A stretch of DNA of 63,529 bases, the filler included, from Globobulimina sp. (lineage: Eukaryota): the NCBI GenBank assembly GCA_003354225.1. It is 11 parts of 11 records of this genome, joined end to end, with 100 filler letters (N's around TTAATTAATTAA, not from the genome) between each part and the next. Parts side by side here need not be neighbours in the genome. Positions count along the whole stretch, not along the records: positions 57,863 to 63,529 come from PIVH01000473.1; 10 more parts are not named here. One strand, written 5' to 3'. The position numbers were made by a program, and so were the translations under genes. The notes under the pieces are model-generated. The model had not been told where the DNA came from. It saw only the letters and a list, made by a program, of their open reading frames with translations, and searched no databases. Each line of letters starts with the position of its first letter. Positions within the stretch are counted from its first letter, which is position 1. This document shows positions 59,155 through 63,529 of the stretch, piece by piece.

Positions 59155-60585
59155 ATGCGCCGTCAGAATCACAATAATCAGCAAAGACCACTCCAATCGT
59201 CATATCCAACGCGATTGATCGATTTACCTGTTCGAAGATGCACGTCCGCACCACAAAAATTAGGAAAAAGAAGCATGAAAGATGGACAAAGAAAAGTTCC
59301 GGTGGTGTTCAGACCCACTGGACGCAGATTAGCGACAATAGTAATCCCAAAGGGATTTGTTGGTTTAGTAAATAAATTTGGAAGATGTTAAGTTTATTTT
59401 TCAATTATTGTGAATTTATTGTACTGTATTTTAATAAAATAGATGTCGGACAATGGGGTGCCGGGTTTAAATGGGTTCCTCCATATTACACGATATCACA
59501 TTTAGTGCCTCAGCAATTCATTATTTATGATACGCCGGTAAAAGAATGTCCGACCAGAGACAATGTGATGGTGACCATCGACGTTACCTTGGCGCTACGC
59601 ATACGGACAGAAGATCCAAAAGCATGTTATAATTTTTGTTATAAATTAGGTGCGCGAGGTTTAGATGATCACTTAAAAGCATTTCAAGAAGAAGCGATTC
59701 GGGGAATGGTGCGGACACGAAAATATAACGAGATTTATGATTTAATCAATGCACACCAAGACAAACAATTTGATAAATTAAAACGTGAATTGAATGACCA
59801 TTTTAACCAATTTGGTGTCACCATAACTGATATCTCGGTGAAAAACGTGCATCTTCCAAAGGAATTTGCAGATAATATGCAAGAAGCCACCATCTGGCGC
59901 TCCAAAAATGAATATGAAACATTAAAACAAGAATTTGAAATTAGAGTTAAGTGTTTCTATAATTTCATTTGTTTTGTTGTGTGGAAATTATAACATTTTT
60001 GTTTGCTGTACACAGAAAATTGATGTTCGTGAAAATGAACAGAAATCAAAACAAAAAGCAACTGAAGATCTTGAAAAATTCACAGCAGAAAAAGACAATG
60101 AATTGGCTGAAACGATGAAAAAAAAGAAATTAGTAATTGCAGAAACAGATAAACAATTGGCACAAATCAAAGAGGAAGAAGATGCGGATAAGTTACAAAT
60201 AAAAGCCAATGCAAGTTTAGTTGTTGCCAAATTAAATCAAGAAACAGATATTCAAGCATCAAAGATACAAAGTACTGGAATGGCGGAATCGGACAAGATT
60301 AAAATTGAAACGCAAACTTATATACATAGTAAAAAAGCAGACGCGGAAGCACAAATTGCAAAGAATACCGCCGTCAGTTTAGGATTGGAAGCCGAGGCTG
60401 AAAAATTTGCATCAAAGCAATTGATTGCAAAGAGATTCTATGAAAAGAAAATGAGATCGTTGCAAATGTTAAGAGGGCTATCAGCAAATGATAATGTTGT
60501 GGTTGCTGGCAATTCGAAGGATAATATTATGGCTCAATTGGTGGCAAATCAAAAAGGTGGCGCTGTGTTAGGCATTAACCAATGA
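59155..60585 (+). CDS. SPFH/Band 7 domain protein (introns 59387-59442, 59946-60015)
   Basis: IPKGFVGLVNKFGR...YDTPVKECPTRDNVMVTID...EEAIRGMVR...FGVTITDISVKNVHLP plus coiled-coil tail; both introns keep frame. Confidence 0.88.
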
Positions 60586-60624
60586 CAATGATCGCATGTA
60601 TTTGTTTTGATTTTATTTATTTTG

Positions 60625-63427
60625 TCATTGATATTGAATGTTTGTTAAACTTAACCTGTTCAAATGAGCACACGCACAAACTGTTGCATCCAAAGTATAA
60701 TTTACAATCCAGCAGCCATCGCCAGACCATGTTTGCGTTTCCCATTCGAAATAAACGCACTGTGGAATGCGATATGTTGTATTTATTGCCAAGATATCGT
60801 CCCAATCGTTAATTTCCTGATTGCTAATGATTGGTAACTTGAACATGATAGCTTCGCATTCATCTGTAAATTGGAGGTCATCTATGTGTGTTTGCGATTT
60901 GTTATCTTCATTCACTGAGTACAAATCTATTTGAATGGATGTACTGATGGGTTCTGATCCATTTTCATATGATATCCATTGCGGAACAGCATAACTAAGC
61001 CGATAATTATCATACAAATCATGCAAATGACACAATGGATAAAGAAACAATTAACTTTAAGACAATGCAGTCTGTTTGATAAGCTGTGATATAATTATTC
61101 ATTGATGATGGTATATGCAATGCTGTTAATCCACAGTCAATTGAATCTGTTTCGGATCTGATCACCTGTACTTGGGCACCTTTTCCATGCCACGATAGTG
61201 CCTCTCCAACGGCGAATTTGTTTGAAAATATCAGATTTACATTTTTGATCAGATTATTGATGCTCGCAATGTAATTATTGTGATCTGTTATATTTAGATT
61301 ATTAAACAACTTAATAATATTATCATTTTGCTGCTGATTTAATACTTTTTTAATTAACAAACTTAAATCAATCTTATTTTGTCGCATCAGATTGATAATC
61401 GTTAATAAATCATAATATAAGTCGTACGACATTACTTCGCTTAAATTCCATTTATTTGTCTTTGTAAAATATGCCTCTGCCATTTTGTATGGCATTGTTT
61501 GCATTAATTTATACAGCTTTATTACCATACTCTCAATATTTATATTACGTTCTAAAATCATTCCAATCGACATATCCATTAAAACTCGAACAATTTCATC
61601 AAATATACCCACAGCTAAATTATTTAACAAGTGTCGATACACCGAAATTATGGCTTTATATCGGAAAAAATCGTCGAAATCATCCATATTTACTACATGT
61701 TGACTAATATTTATATGCACATTTAGCACATTGAGAATCATCTCATTCCATTCAATATAAGCTTCATTTTTTAATAAAAGTCTCCGCGAATTATCATATC
61801 TAATCAATTGATCATACTTAAAACAACAAAACGTATTTGATAACGCCAACGCATTCTGTATCAATGATGAATAGTCTTTCTCTAAAACAGCATACTTAAT
61901 TACATTGTTCCCATACACATACAGCTCACGTATATATTGTGCATTATTATTTGCAATATCAATGGTCACATTTTGTGCAATCAGCACACAGTTACTGTCA
62001 CCATTTGCATCCCGTACAATCACACGAACACTGTAATTCCCCGCACCAAGAATAAATTGAAAAAAAGATGAAAATAAAAATTCTTCATTCAGCCACGTAC
62101 CGTGGCCATTTGCTATGTTATTATCCACCAACAATACATTATACATTAACGGTGCTGCAGCAGTAGTAAACTCACCACATTTTATCGTAAACACACTACT
62201 CATTGGACGTAATGGTTGATCTGTTGCAGTCAAATTACATTCTTGCCCTCTTATACCCAAACCCAATGACACGGACACAGTGGCAATTAAATATTCATGA
62301 TCCGCTATCATTTGTAGCTCATACACTGCGCCTGCATTGACAGTATCGGCAGTCTTAAAACAACCATAGTTATCATATGTTGCACCACTGTGAGCATCCA
62401 GAATTCTGTATGGATTGATAATAAGTTGTGATGTTTTGGAGTGATAATCATTGTATGAATGAAAAAACCAAAATGAATCTAATGATGTATCAGCTGGACA
62501 TACATTTTTATCAGCACAAGTCCATGAAATATGGGCGATTTTCTCATTTTGGTCAAAGTTGACTGCCAATATGTTGCGTTGCGATGAAGGTATAACTTTG
62601 GGTAAATTCTGCCACGACGATACATGATGAATGTCCGCATTTGTAGTGGTGTGTATATAAATAATACTGGATATATATGTGTCATTTGCTTCATAATATG
62701 TATTTATATATTTATCCTGCAATTTAACCGTCAATGAAATCTGATAAATGGCATCTTGTGTCGGAGCAAAACATCCATAATCAAATACTTTCTCTATGAG
62801 TGCGGTATCCGTATCATCATCAAAACGACAGCTTAAACTGCATTGTTTTGAATACGTTTTTAATTCCCCATCATATACAGCACATTGCCAGTCAAATTGA
62901 TAAATGTTTTTAATCCAAGCATCAAACAGTAACAGCTCTGAAAATTGGAAAAAATCATATATGGACAGAGATAATACCACTATGTTATCCGCATTATGCA
63001 CTATGGAATGTGCTGCAAATGCAATGGGCAAATCCCATACTAATTGGATGGCAATGTAATCGTGAATGGATGTGATAAATTTATCGCGTACATCAAACTG
63101 ACTCATGGTTAATTTGAAATAAATGGATGGTAATAGCGAGAAATTGCCATTAAAAGAAGAATAAAATTCAAATATGTCCATGTATAATGATTTAGAATGT
63201 ATATCGATATCAAACTGATATTTTGTAATATATTCCTGCTGTGGCCATGGTACTAATATTTGCTGTGCTAATTCTTTGGGTAATTCGTATATTTGTTGCC
63301 AAGAATAGCGTACATAATCCGTGTAGTTTGTATTTGGATAACACAGAAACGGTTTGCCATTTGGAGTGATGATAATATTCGATTGTAAAAACGAATGGTA
63401 CTTAATATTATTGCCTGGTATTTCCAA
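60625..63427 (-). CDS. PKD1/REJ-like extracellular protein ending in a GPS motif (intron 60995-61055)
   Basis: REJ-like CNLT..P...FTIKC..F...PLMYNV...VIVRDANG; GPS: PQCVYFEWETQTWSGDGC...TVCACAHL. Confidence 0.7.
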
Positions 63428-63529
63428 GGAGGGAGTTCACAGTCACCTAAATCTTTAGTTTGGACTATGTTCGTGGTATGTAGGTCAGTATTCCTGCAGG
63501 ACTCGAGATAATGTTTGCCAGTGTCGTTT

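Noticed and set aside
1-63529. tRNA, rRNA or snRNA genes
   Set aside because: None recognised by eye; a covariance-model search would be needed to exclude them

Overview
This window is not one locus. It is 11 unlinked contigs of about 5.7 kb, sorted by decreasing length and joined by artificial 100-bp linkers (N44-TTAATTAATTAA-N44), so synteny only holds within a contig. The DNA is AT-rich, gene-dense and eukaryotic, uses the standard code and has short GT-AG introns. Content such as 7TM-RGS, SAM-like and SPRY-like proteins, several sulfotransferases and a PKD/REJ-GPS protein suggests an amoeboid protist, possibly a foraminiferan or other rhizarian (inference only). Recognisable genes include a GH5 endoglycoceramidase-like enzyme, a C-type lectin/EGF receptor, a DDX51-like helicase, IMPase, REP/GDI, a DEP-STE20 kinase, ABCA, SCAR/WAVE, COPA, a long-chain acyl-CoA synthetase, a VTI1-like SNARE and an SPFH protein. 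The most unusual items are: (1) a non-LTR retroelement ORF ordered RT, CCHC, C-terminal RNase H, with a large insert inside the RT, followed by a nested inverted-repeat structure; (2) a spliced, very large Mutator-like DDE transposase carrying a PHD finger and a SAP-like tail; (3) a RING/two-TM gene read in one frame through two TAA codons; (4) frequent GTT 5' splice sites; (5) an 84-bp AT-arm/GC-core palindromic element.
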